This document shows positions 9,918 through 18,011 of a DNA stretch of 64,000 nucleotides, one piece after another (position 1 is the first letter of the stretch; each line of letters starts with the position of its first letter). Below the pieces are notes generated by a model that saw nothing but the letters and a program-made list of their open reading frames with translations, was not told the DNA's origin and did not search any database. Position numbers and translations under genes: made by a program. This DNA is from an uncultured Gammaproteobacteria bacterium. GTDB lineage: Bacteria > Pseudomonadota > Gammaproteobacteria > Steroidobacterales > Woeseiaceae. The DNA lies in NCBI GenBank assembly GCA_963922215.1, contig CAWUHY010000001.1:1246-65245 (forward strand), in the 5' to 3' direction.

Positions 9918-11546
9918 ATGTCTGAGAAGAAATCATGGCCCTTGACGATCTTTCTAGCTCGTTCAGATATGGACGCGCCGGAAGACACAATAAAGGTGGA
10001 GGATTCGGCTAAAAGTATTGATTTAGCAATACCCGGATGTGCGCAATCCAAGTTGTACGTTAAGCCGAACACGCCGAAGCAACCAAAGTGGGCAAATCTG
10101 TTCGCGGACAACATAGATGTAAGTGAGATTGGCAAATCGTCAAGTGTTTCGGCAGCGCTATTCGTCAAGATTAAGAACGATTCATTTGTGCTCACTTTCG
10201 GCTATGGACGCCACCTTGTTCGAGAAGATACTTGTGAAGAGCGCTTTGGCCTTATTTGTACGCTGAACTCTGTTCATCCAAATAGTTTGAGATGCGTCGA
10301 CATTCAGTCGCTCGATGCAATTCAAAGTCATTCGCGCATTCAGTCTGGTCTAGAGATCCCCGCTGATCAATTCGGTCTGAACGTTGAGCAGGACATGTTG
10401 AAAGCCGTTGTAGGCGCACCTAGTGACGGAAGCCTCGGCGCACGGATGACTGGAACTGATGCATTGTCTGTGTCGGTGCGGATGGATTTGACGGATCTCG
10501 CAGTCTTACTCCGATCCTATCGGGACCAGTACCACAAGGACCTTAGCGCTACAAACTATGCATGGGTCAACAACATAAATCTAGTTAAGGGTTCATCATC
10601 GTTAGTGCCAGTTCTTGACGAGTATGTTGTTGCAAAGTTCAAAGATGAGGACTATGAGGACCTTTGGTTGGCCATCCCAGAGATCATAGACTGGAATCAT
10701 GTAAGCGGATTCAAGTATCAGGCTGGGGGCAAGGCCATGTACCCCGATATCAATCTCGAAGGCTTTCTTTCAACAATCTCACCAAAAGACGATTTGACCT
10801 GCGATTTGCTTAGGAATCGCAAGGTGTATTGTGTCGACGAGGATCACAACAGGACGGGCAAGTCCTGGTCAATTTACAAGTGTTTGTACGCTGAGGTAGA
10901 GCACGACGGTCAGAAATACATTTTTAACGGAGGGCTCTGGTACCGAGTTGACAAAAATTTTGTAACCAAGACCAATCAAGACTATTCGAAGATCCCAATT
11001 TCTTCGTTATCGCTTCCCCTGTACAGCGGTGGTGGCGAGGGTTCTTATAACCAAAGCGTTGCGGCGACGGACCCTGACAGATTTGATCTATTGGATGATA
11101 AGAAAAAAGTATTTCACGGTGGCGGACATGGCCAAGTAGAAATTTGCGATTTGTTTACAAAAAATCGCGAACTCATTCATGTAAAAAGATACGGAAAATC
11201 AACTGTTTTGAGTCACCTTTTCGCGCAAGGGTTTGTCTCGGGCCAACTACTCCAGCTAGATCCTGAGTTTCGCAAAAAGGTAGCGGGCAAGTTGAGCGAT
11301 GGATTCAGTGAACTAATCGATGTCGACGAAAGACCGGCGGATAAGGCATACACAATCGTTTACGCGATCATAAGCGAATCGATGTCACCGAAATTACACC
11401 TTCCGTTTTTTTCGCGTGTGAACCTTAACAACACTTTTCGCCAATTGGATGGGTTCGGGTACAAAGTGGAGTTGCTAAGGATCGGAGTGGATCCCGAATA
11501 CTCGAAAACGAAGAAACTGCCTCCGGAGAAAGAAAAGAAACTGTGA
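9918..11546 (+). CDS. TIGR04141 (DUF6119) family sporadically distributed protein; possible PD-(D/E)xK-like nuclease core
   Basis: 542 aa. The overall layout and the C-terminal block HGGGHGQVEICDLFTKNRELIHVKRYGKS recall TIGR04141. 18-nt gap after the DUF4326 gene. Last gene of the cassette. Confidence 0.7.
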   Translation: MSEKKSWPLTIFLARSDMDAPEDTIKVEDSAKSIDLAIPGCAQSKLYVKPNTPKQPKWANLFADNIDVSEIGKSSSVSAALFVKIKNDSFVLTFGYGRHLVREDTCEERFGLICTLNSVHPNSLRCVDIQSLDAIQSHSRIQSGLEIPADQFGLNVEQDMLKAVVGAPSDGSLGARMTGTDALSVSVRMDLTDLAVLLRSYRDQYHKDLSATNYAWVNNINLVKGSSSLVPVLDEYVVAKFKDEDYEDLWLAIPEIIDWNHVSGFKYQAGGKAMYPDINLEGFLSTISPKDDLTCDLLRNRKVYCVDEDHNRTGKSWSIYKCLYAEVEHDGQKYIFNGGLWYRVDKNFVTKTNQDYSKIPISSLSLPLYSGGGEGSYNQSVAATDPDRFDLLDDKKKVFHGGGHGQVEICDLFTKNRELIHVKRYGKSTVLSHLFAQGFVSGQLLQLDPEFRKKVAGKLSDGFSELIDVDERPADKAYTIVYAIISESMSPKLHLPFFSRVNLNNTFRQLDGFGYKVELLRIGVDPEYSKTKKLPPEKEKKL

Positions 11547-11846
11547 CCGACACGAGATTGCGTCTTGAATTTTTCGGAAATGGGCTCCGCCGAGTCTCGT
11601 GCGGTGGTACAAACTAATTACAGAGCCCCTTTAATCCAATGAAAAACATAGCCAAAGGCCGACTATCGATCGATTCAGAATCCACGTGTCGGTGATTTGA
11701 TTCCCCCCCTGAGGACCAGTCCGTTCGATCACTCTAGGAATCCGTCGCGGGCACATCCTGAGACTCGCTAACTAGTGAGTTGAATCTCAGGGTTTACGGT
11801 CAGAACTGCTGATGCGGTTCGCCTTGCAGAGAAATAGCCTAAATGC

Positions 11847-12821
11847 TCAGTCTGCATCGTCACAATGCAGCGTTCGAAATCCTGTCGGTGTTGTTCCAAA
11901 CTTCGCTGCGAAGGCAGTACGGAACGCTGCCTCGGAACGGTAGCCGACGGCACTTGTAATCTGCTTGATGGGCATGCCGGCCTGGAGCAGGTCTCGTGCT
12001 CGGGTCAGGCGAGCATTCTCTATGTACTTGGCTGGCGGCTCGCCCATTGCGGCAGAAAACTTCCGAAAGAAAGTGCGTTCGCTCATACCTGATTTCTCCG
12101 CGAGATCCGCAATACGGATCGGCTGGCTGAGGTTTTTGTCGATCCAGCGAAGCGAATCCTCGAACGGGTGTCCGGACTTTGTCTGTGCTTTCAGGACGTC
12201 AGAGAACTGCGATTGATTTCCCGGGCGATGGGAATACACGACAAGCATTCTCGACACGAATGTCCGCGCCTCAGATCCAAAATCTCGCTCCAGCATCGCG
12301 AGCGCCATATCAATGCCGCTGGTGACGCCCGCAGACGTCCAGACGCCGTCGTCTTCGACGTAGATCGCGTCCTCGTTCAAGTCGACGTTGGGATACGTCC
12401 GCTTGAATTCATTGCACGCGCCCCAGTGCGTCGCTACCGTTCTGCCGTCGGCAATACCGGCGCTCGCGATCACAAAACTGCCTGTGCAAACGGACGCGAT
12501 CCGCGACCCGGCCGACCGAGCCTCGCGAAGCCAGTCGCGGAGTTCTGAATCCTTGCAAACCTCTTCCACTGCGGTCTTGAAGCCGCCGGTTACGATGACA
12601 GTGTCATTCCGGCCTGGATGAGCTTTTCGAACTGGGCTGGACTGGATCGTGACGCCCTCGAAACTCTCGATATCGCCGCCACTGGATGACACAGGCGTCG
12701 TCCGATACGCGGCCCGCTCAAGAAACTTGTTCGCCGTGGCGAAAACGCTGGCAGGGCCACACAGGTCGAGCAACTCGAACCCTGGATAGGCCACGATGTA
12801 AATCTGTTTCGTCTCGCGCAT
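11847..12821 (-). CDS. GlxA family transcriptional regulator (DJ-1/PfpI domain + AraC-type HTH)
   Basis: 324 aa. N-terminal DJ-1/PfpI-like domain (IASVCTGSFVIASAG). C-terminal AraC HTH (ERTFFRKFSAAMGEPPAKYIENARLTRARDLL ... VGYRSEAAFRTAFAAKFGTTP). Confidence 0.88.
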   Translation of the reverse strand: MRETKQIYIVAYPGFELLDLCGPASVFATANKFLERAAYRTTPVSSSGGDIESFEGVTIQSSPVRKAHPGRNDTVIVTGGFKTAVEEVCKDSELRDWLREARSAGSRIASVCTGSFVIASAGIADGRTVATHWGACNEFKRTYPNVDLNEDAIYVEDDGVWTSAGVTSGIDMALAMLERDFGSEARTFVSRMLVVYSHRPGNQSQFSDVLKAQTKSGHPFEDSLRWIDKNLSQPIRIADLAEKSGMSERTFFRKFSAAMGEPPAKYIENARLTRARDLLQAGMPIKQITSAVGYRSEAAFRTAFAAKFGTTPTGFRTLHCDDAD

Positions 12822-12908
12822 GTGGCGGAATATAGTCGAAAGTTGTCATTTCTGCCAAGCCCTGTGCGGCGTAACCTGTCATTCAACGTTCTAATCGTGA
12901 GACAGGAA

Positions 12909-13325
12909 ATGATCGTCCTTCCAGCGTCGCTTCGATATGCCTTCGCCCTCGCTTATTCGTACGGCGCTGCAGTGCACTGTATGAACATGCTGGACATGAC
13001 CGGGTTCGACTGGAGCGCTGCGCCAGCCAAGTGGCAGCTGCTGGATGTCGTCTATTTGATACTCGACATCGCAGTCGTGGGCTTTCTTCTTAGCGGGCGA
13101 GCGTTGGGTACGGCTCTGCTCGCGGTTGCTGCCGTCAGTCAAATTGTCCTGTACACACTGTTCCGCACGTGGGTTCTCGACGTGCCCGCCGCTTACCGGG
13201 TCGATCCCGCGGCCGAAAGCTATCTCGATGGACTGATCGCATTTCATGGTGTGACGCTGATTTCTATTCTGGTCACCGTGTTATTGCGAACGAGTCCACT
13301 TCTAAAGAGGGCGCAACACACATGA
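12909..13325 (+). CDS. Hypothetical membrane protein
   Basis: ORF 12822..13325. ATG 12909 is preferred (AGGA upstream), because GTG 12822 abuts the divergent regulator start. About 4 hydrophobic helices. The stop overlaps the next start (ATGA). Confidence 0.5.
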   Translation: MIVLPASLRYAFALAYSYGAAVHCMNMLDMTGFDWSAAPAKWQLLDVVYLILDIAVVGFLLSGRALGTALLAVAAVSQIVLYTLFRTWVLDVPAAYRVDPAAESYLDGLIAFHGVTLISILVTVLLRTSPLLKRAQHT

Positions 13326-13792
13326 CCCATAAGAACCGAAGTCAGATTGCACTTTCCTTTGTGATCCCTTTTCTTGTGCTATCTGCGCCCGCGGCCTACC
13401 CACAGTCGGAGAGCCAACGACTGCATGGAACCTACGTCTCGCCGGGAATGGCAATGGTCGTCCACTTCGAGCCGTGTTCCGAGAGTGCGCGTCATACTTG
13501 CGGCGAGCTTCTCTGGTCCTGGCATGGCGAGAGCGAACTCGAGCTCGGTTATGGCTCCGACGTGATTGTCGATCTCGCTGCCAGCGACGACGGCTGGCAG
13601 GGCAGCCTGATCGATCCATCGAACGGTCGACGCTACCGCGGAACGATCAAGCGCGTTGGAACGGACACGCTGGAACTCAAAGGATGCGCCGGTTTCTTTT
13701 GCCGGTCCGAAGTGTGGCACTCGCTCGAGCATGTCGCGGCGCGAATCGACTCGCTGCAGGGCATGACGAGCATCGAAGAGGCGCAGCCGTGA
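13322..13792 (+). CDS. DUF2147 domain-containing secreted protein
   Basis: Signal peptide MTHKNRSQIALSFVIPFLVLSAPAAYP. DUF2147-like pattern: G.Y...... CG.LLW...... W.G.L.DP.NG..Y.G.I......L.L.GC.G.FC..E.W. Confidence 0.65.
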   Translation: MTHKNRSQIALSFVIPFLVLSAPAAYPQSESQRLHGTYVSPGMAMVVHFEPCSESARHTCGELLWSWHGESELELGYGSDVIVDLAASDDGWQGSLIDPSNGRRYRGTIKRVGTDTLELKGCAGFFCRSEVWHSLEHVAARIDSLQGMTSIEEAQP

Positions 13793-14322
13793 GCCGTCGC
13801 GATGCTTCGACACACAGAACAGATCGACAGACGGTCTCGGCAATGCTGCTTCTGGCCGCCTCTTTGAGCGCTTTGCTGGTAGTGCCAGGACTCCCGGCTC
13901 TGCAACTGCACGACCCCGGTCATTGGGGACTTCTTGCGTTTCTCGCTGCGGTCGCCCTTTTTCTCTGGAAACGACACGCCTCGTGGAAGCCGCGGAGCAT
14001 GAATCGCTTCAACGCACGGTGCGTTCTGGTCGGCATGCCGATCATCTACATCGCATACGCGCTGGTGAACAAAGGCAGCGGCCTATTCGTCTTGTTAGAG
14101 CTCTCCGGCCTTGTCTTCTGGGTGGTCCTGGTGATCATGGCTGGACGCCGTCTGGAACTCGTCTGGATCGGCGTACTGCTTCACGCCGCATGGGATGCGG
14201 CTCACTTCGGTCGAACGGACTACGTACCCGATTGGTACGCGGCAGCCTGTCTCGTCGCGGACATTGGTCTGGCTGGCTTCATCTGTATGTCGTTGCATGC
14301 AACACGGGGTGAAGGTAATTAG
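13789..14322 (+). CDS. Hypothetical membrane protein
   Basis: Part of ORF 13474..14322. Start is either GTG 13789 (GTGA overlap with the upstream stop) or ATG 13843. Multiple hydrophobic helices. Confidence 0.45.
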   Translation: MSRRDASTHRTDRQTVSAMLLLAASLSALLVVPGLPALQLHDPGHWGLLAFLAAVALFLWKRHASWKPRSMNRFNARCVLVGMPIIYIAYALVNKGSGLFVLLELSGLVFWVVLVIMAGRRLELVWIGVLLHAAWDAAHFGRTDYVPDWYAAACLVADIGLAGFICMSLHATRGEGN

Positions 14323-14367
14323 GCATACGGACTTCGCATTTTGAACAAAGCCAAGCCCGGCTTGCCG

Positions 14368-15684
14368 CTACCGCAAAACCTTCCCTTCCGTCTCCGGCAA
14401 AAACAACGCAGCTACAAACGTCGCGGCGAGAAATGCCGAGATAAAACTTACCGTCTGCAGGAAGCTGCTGGTCGCGAGCATCGCGCCGATGGCGATCGGT
14501 GCGACCGCGTTTGCGATGCGTTGCGCGGAGATGCCCCAGGCGACGCCGGCGCCGCGGATGTCGGTTGCGTAGATTTCGCCGAGCCAGGTGTTCCAGACGC
14601 CCCAGGCGCCGAGGCTGAAGAACGAGAGCGCGAAGTTCCACGCGTACATTTCGTTCATCGTTTCGGAGTTTGCGAAGCCGAAGCCGGTGACCGCGGCAAC
14701 GAAGACGAAAGAGGTCATCACCTTCTTGCGACCGAAGCGCCCGGTCAGGAAGCTCGCGGCGATGTAGCCGGGGAACATGAACAGCGCCGAGATCGCCATG
14801 AACGAAAGCCCCTGTGGTGCCGAAAGTCCCTTCTTGGCGAGCAGCAGCGGCATCCACGAGGTCAGAGCCCAGTAACCCCATGAGAAGCAGAAATTAATCA
14901 GAGTCTGCAGCGCGGTGACGCGGATGATGGGTCGGTGGAAGATGTCGAAGAACGAAGCGTCCGCCTCGCCGCCGACGCTTGCAGGCATCGGGCTGACGTG
15001 GGCATCGACATGGTTCGCCGACAGCCGTCGAATCGCAGCTTCTGCTTCGTCCGTGCGGCCCTGTTTGGCCAGCCAGTAAGGCGACTCGGGGACGCATTTG
15101 TAAACCACAATCGCCCACAGCCCCGACAGTGCGCTGAAGCCGATGACCCAGCGCCAGCCGAGATCGCCAAGCAGCGAGGTCACGCCGATCGCAACGAGGA
15201 CGCCGAGCGGCCAGCCCGCCGACAGATACACTGTTGCCTTGCCGCGAACGCGAACGGGGACGAGCTCCTCGAAGAAGGGAAATGTCACCACCAGCGCACC
15301 TGCCAGCACAACGCCACCGATGCCGCGCAACAGCAGCAGCATTTCAAAGGTCGGCGCGACTGCGCTTAACAAGGGAAGCGGCCAGTAGAGCGCGAGGCTC
15401 AAGACGAGACTTTTGCGTCGACCAACGCGGTCGACGAGGCGGCCCCAGATCAGCGCGCCCGGGATCATGCCGATAAACATCGCGCCGATCAGCCGGCCGA
15501 TGTCCACGGTCGAGAGCTCGAACTCGGCGCCGACCGATGCGCTGTTGAAGATGATGATCATCATCTCCCAGGACTCGATAACGAAACTGACAAACAGCAC
15601 GAGGCCGGCAATCCAGTGCGCTCTCGTGAGCGGCATCTCCTCGAACCACTGGCCGACGTCTTTCTGGTTTACCGCTGTCGTCAT
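14368..15684 (-). CDS. MFS transporter (sugar-porter-like metabolite:H+ symporter)
   Basis: ORF 14368..15702. ATG 15684 is preferred (AGGAGAG 7 nt upstream). 12-TM pattern, MFS loop motif GRLVDRVGRRKS, and PESPYWL after TM6. Confidence 0.85.
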   Translation of the reverse strand: MTTAVNQKDVGQWFEEMPLTRAHWIAGLVLFVSFVIESWEMMIIIFNSASVGAEFELSTVDIGRLIGAMFIGMIPGALIWGRLVDRVGRRKSLVLSLALYWPLPLLSAVAPTFEMLLLLRGIGGVVLAGALVVTFPFFEELVPVRVRGKATVYLSAGWPLGVLVAIGVTSLLGDLGWRWVIGFSALSGLWAIVVYKCVPESPYWLAKQGRTDEAEAAIRRLSANHVDAHVSPMPASVGGEADASFFDIFHRPIIRVTALQTLINFCFSWGYWALTSWMPLLLAKKGLSAPQGLSFMAISALFMFPGYIAASFLTGRFGRKKVMTSFVFVAAVTGFGFANSETMNEMYAWNFALSFFSLGAWGVWNTWLGEIYATDIRGAGVAWGISAQRIANAVAPIAIGAMLATSSFLQTVSFISAFLAATFVAALFLPETEGKVLR

Positions 15685-15702
15685 CAGACTCTCTCCTGGC
15701 AC

Positions 15703-16671
15703 TTACAAACCGGCGTCTCGAAATTCATCGGATGCGCGAACAAGCTCAATTGCCATGCCCGGATCCATGGGTGAATGCGCGCCGTCCGGAACGATCTTGA
15801 GCGTCGATTTCCTCAAAGCCTTGTGCAGTTGCCACGCCGAGATCGGCGGGCAGATCGTGTCGTAGCGGCCGTGCACGATCGAAGTCGGGATCGTCGACAG
15901 GACGTCGGCGTTATCGAGAACGTAGTTGTCACTCTCGACGTAGAAATTGTGCGATGCAAAATGCGACTCAATACGCGCGATCGACAGCGCGGAATTGTCT
16001 GCGAGCATCTGTGCGAGCTGGCCTTCGTCGGGGAACAGCGTGTTCATCACACCTTCCCAGCGCGCCCACGCTCGCGCGGCGTTCAATGCAAGTTCTTCAT
16101 CATCGCCGTTGAGTATTTCGCAGTAGGCCGCGACCGTGTCGCTCGCCTCGCCGACCGGCGCCCGAAACTTTTCGTACTCGTCGGGATAGATGCGTGCAGC
16201 GCCCTCCGAACCGTACAGCCAGTCGATCTCGAATTGCCTGCCCAAGAAAATGCCGCGAATGATCATGCCGGCGACACTGTCGGGATGCTGGATCGCGTAG
16301 CAAAGCGCAAGAATGCTGCCCCAGCTTCCGCCCATGACAATCCAGTCCTCGATACCGAGGTGGTCTTTCAGCGCCTCGAGATCATTGATGATGTGCTGCA
16401 TCGTGTTCTCACGGATCTCGCTGTGCGGCGTGCTGCGCCCGGCACCCCGCTGGTCGAGCAGCACGATGCGGTAATGCGCCGGGTCGAAGAACCTCCGATA
16501 GCCCGGTGAGATGCCGACGCCCGGACCGCCGTGCAGGAACAGCGCAGGACGCCCGTCGGGATTGCCGACTTCCTCGTAAACAAGGGTATGCAGATCGGAG
16601 ACCTTAAGTTTCGAAACTTCATAAGGCTCGATCTCCGGATACAGCGGATCATCCTGGCGGGCTGTGTTCAT
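15703..16671 (-). CDS. pip: Prolyl aminopeptidase (proline iminopeptidase)
   Basis: 322 aa. LFLHGGPGVG...DQRGAGRSTPH and the nucleophile elbow GGSWGS are typical of Pip (alpha/beta hydrolase, S33). Confidence 0.9.
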   Translation of the reverse strand: MNTARQDDPLYPEIEPYEVSKLKVSDLHTLVYEEVGNPDGRPALFLHGGPGVGISPGYRRFFDPAHYRIVLLDQRGAGRSTPHSEIRENTMQHIINDLEALKDHLGIEDWIVMGGSWGSILALCYAIQHPDSVAGMIIRGIFLGRQFEIDWLYGSEGAARIYPDEYEKFRAPVGEASDTVAAYCEILNGDDEELALNAARAWARWEGVMNTLFPDEGQLAQMLADNSALSIARIESHFASHNFYVESDNYVLDNADVLSTIPTSIVHGRYDTICPPISAWQLHKALRKSTLKIVPDGAHSPMDPGMAIELVRASDEFRDAGL

Positions 16672-17192
16672 GCGGGTTCCTCGTCGATCGCGACCGCGCG
16701 GATCGGAATCGGTGACTCAAGAAATTCGTCTGGCTCGGCCTGCGCGTATATCCTTTCCAGCGTTTCGAACCCGTCGACAACCTCGCCGAAGGCCGCAAAG
16801 CCCTGGCCGTCCGGCTGTCTTTTGCCGCCGTAGTCCAGCGATGGTTCATCGCGCATGCAGACGAAGAAATTGCCGTACAGCTCTCGCCGGTCGAATCGTG
16901 CGGCTGAGACCGTCCACTTTTTGTGCGTGAGTCCGGTCAGCTTCGTGTTCTCGTGGTCGATGCGATGGCGGGGGCCGGTTAAGGCCTGCTTCGGACCCAT
17001 CTGCACGACATGAATAGGGCAGGGGTCGTCGTCGCGGTGATTGGCGGGACTGACAATGCGAAAAACGCTCGACGCATCGAGAAAGCCGCTGCGTGCGAGA
17101 TAAGCGAAGTAGGCGCAGGTGGCCGGGGCGCGGTCGTCGAAAAAGTGAATCGTGAACGTTCCTGCGGCAGAGTGGATATCGAGATGCGTCAT
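16668..17192 (-). CDS. Cyclophilin-like peptidyl-prolyl isomerase family protein (divergent)
   Basis: 174 aa. Cyclophilin-like blocks (FDDRAPATCAYF, VFRIV, GNFFVCM, FAAFGEVVDGFETLERI). The canonical FHRVI..FM.QGGD block is divergent. ATGA overlap with pip. Confidence 0.6.
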   Translation of the reverse strand: MTHLDIHSAAGTFTIHFFDDRAPATCAYFAYLARSGFLDASSVFRIVSPANHRDDDPCPIHVVQMGPKQALTGPRHRIDHENTKLTGLTHKKWTVSAARFDRRELYGNFFVCMRDEPSLDYGGKRQPDGQGFAAFGEVVDGFETLERIYAQAEPDEFLESPIPIRAVAIDEEPA

Positions 17193-17221
17193 CGTGTCCG
17201 CCGGTGCCGGGTCGTCCGGGC

Positions 17222-17842
17222 CTACTTCTTCTTTTTGCCGTCGAGGCTGGACGGAAACAGGACCGGGGTGCCGACCCAGAGGATGACGGCGACGTCGTCC
17301 GTGTGATTCGTCATCAGGTGGTCGATCTGCGTGTTGTGGTGTGCCGCGTCACCAGCCTTCAACACAAACTTCTCGTCGCCGAGCACGTACTCCACCTCGC
17401 CGCTGATGACATAGAAGAAGTCTTCGCCTTCATCGCGGTGCACGGCGGGCAGGCCGGTGCCGGGCGGCATCTCCATCAGTAGCGCATTCATCTTCTGGTT
17501 GCGAAGCTGCGCGTCGATCCGCTTGTAGATCACCGGCGAGTCGATATCGACGTAGCGGGGATCGTCGGCGCGTCGCACGAGGCTCGTCGGTTCCGGCGGC
17601 GTCAGGAAGTAGTTCACGTCGGTGTCCAGGGCGGCGGCGATGTTGATCAGCGAGACGATGGACGGCGTCGCCTTGCCGCGCTCGGCCTGGGACAGGAATG
17701 CGGCGGAGAGTTCGGATCGGTCTGCGAGCTCCTGCAGCGTGAAGCCCATTTCGAGACGCTTTGCCTTCAAGAGGCCGCCGATGGACCGTTTTAGTGTTTC
17801 TTTCGGATTGCGTTGCGGTCTGGCCACGTGCTGCTCCCCCAT
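17222..17842 (-). CDS. XRE family transcriptional regulator with C-terminal cupin domain
   Basis: 206 aa. HTH_3 segment (LKAKRLEMGFTLQELADRSELSAAFLSQAERGKATPSIVSLINIAAAL). Cupin_2 segment (HRDEGEDFFYVISGEVEYVLGDEKFVLKAGDAAH). Confidence 0.88.
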   Translation of the reverse strand: MGEQHVARPQRNPKETLKRSIGGLLKAKRLEMGFTLQELADRSELSAAFLSQAERGKATPSIVSLINIAAALDTDVNYFLTPPEPTSLVRRADDPRYVDIDSPVIYKRIDAQLRNQKMNALLMEMPPGTGLPAVHRDEGEDFFYVISGEVEYVLGDEKFVLKAGDAAHHNTQIDHLMTNHTDDVAVILWVGTPVLFPSSLDGKKKK

Positions 17843-17897
17843 GCGCTACCCGTGCATTCTATCGACATTTTTCATAGTGTCAAAAATTTCTTGCATC

Positions 17898-17913
17898 ACT
17901 TAAAATTTTAAGT
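17898..17913. promoter_or_regulatory. Perfect 16-bp palindrome ACTTAAAATTTTAAGT in a divergent promoter region; candidate operator
   Basis: Read directly from the sequence. Flanked by a direct repeat TCATAGTG (about 17871 and 17913). Lies in the AT-rich 169-bp region between the XRE-cupin regulator and the TonB-dependent receptor. Confidence 0.5.
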
Positions 17914-18011
17914 CATAGTGAAATTTGAAGTGACGGTAGTTCCGAATTTCGCGGCCTGCCAGTCACGGATCACAACCGCATGACTCTTGATTCAAGAGGG
18001 GGAGGACGAGC

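Noticed and set aside
11685-11715. GTCGGTGATTTGATTCCCCCCCTGAGG considered as a tRNA 3'-end fragment (att site) marking the island's right border
   Set aside because: It does not fold into a T-arm (no 5-bp stem around a TTCRANT loop). No matching copy exists elsewhere in the window, and no tRNA gene or integrase is present.
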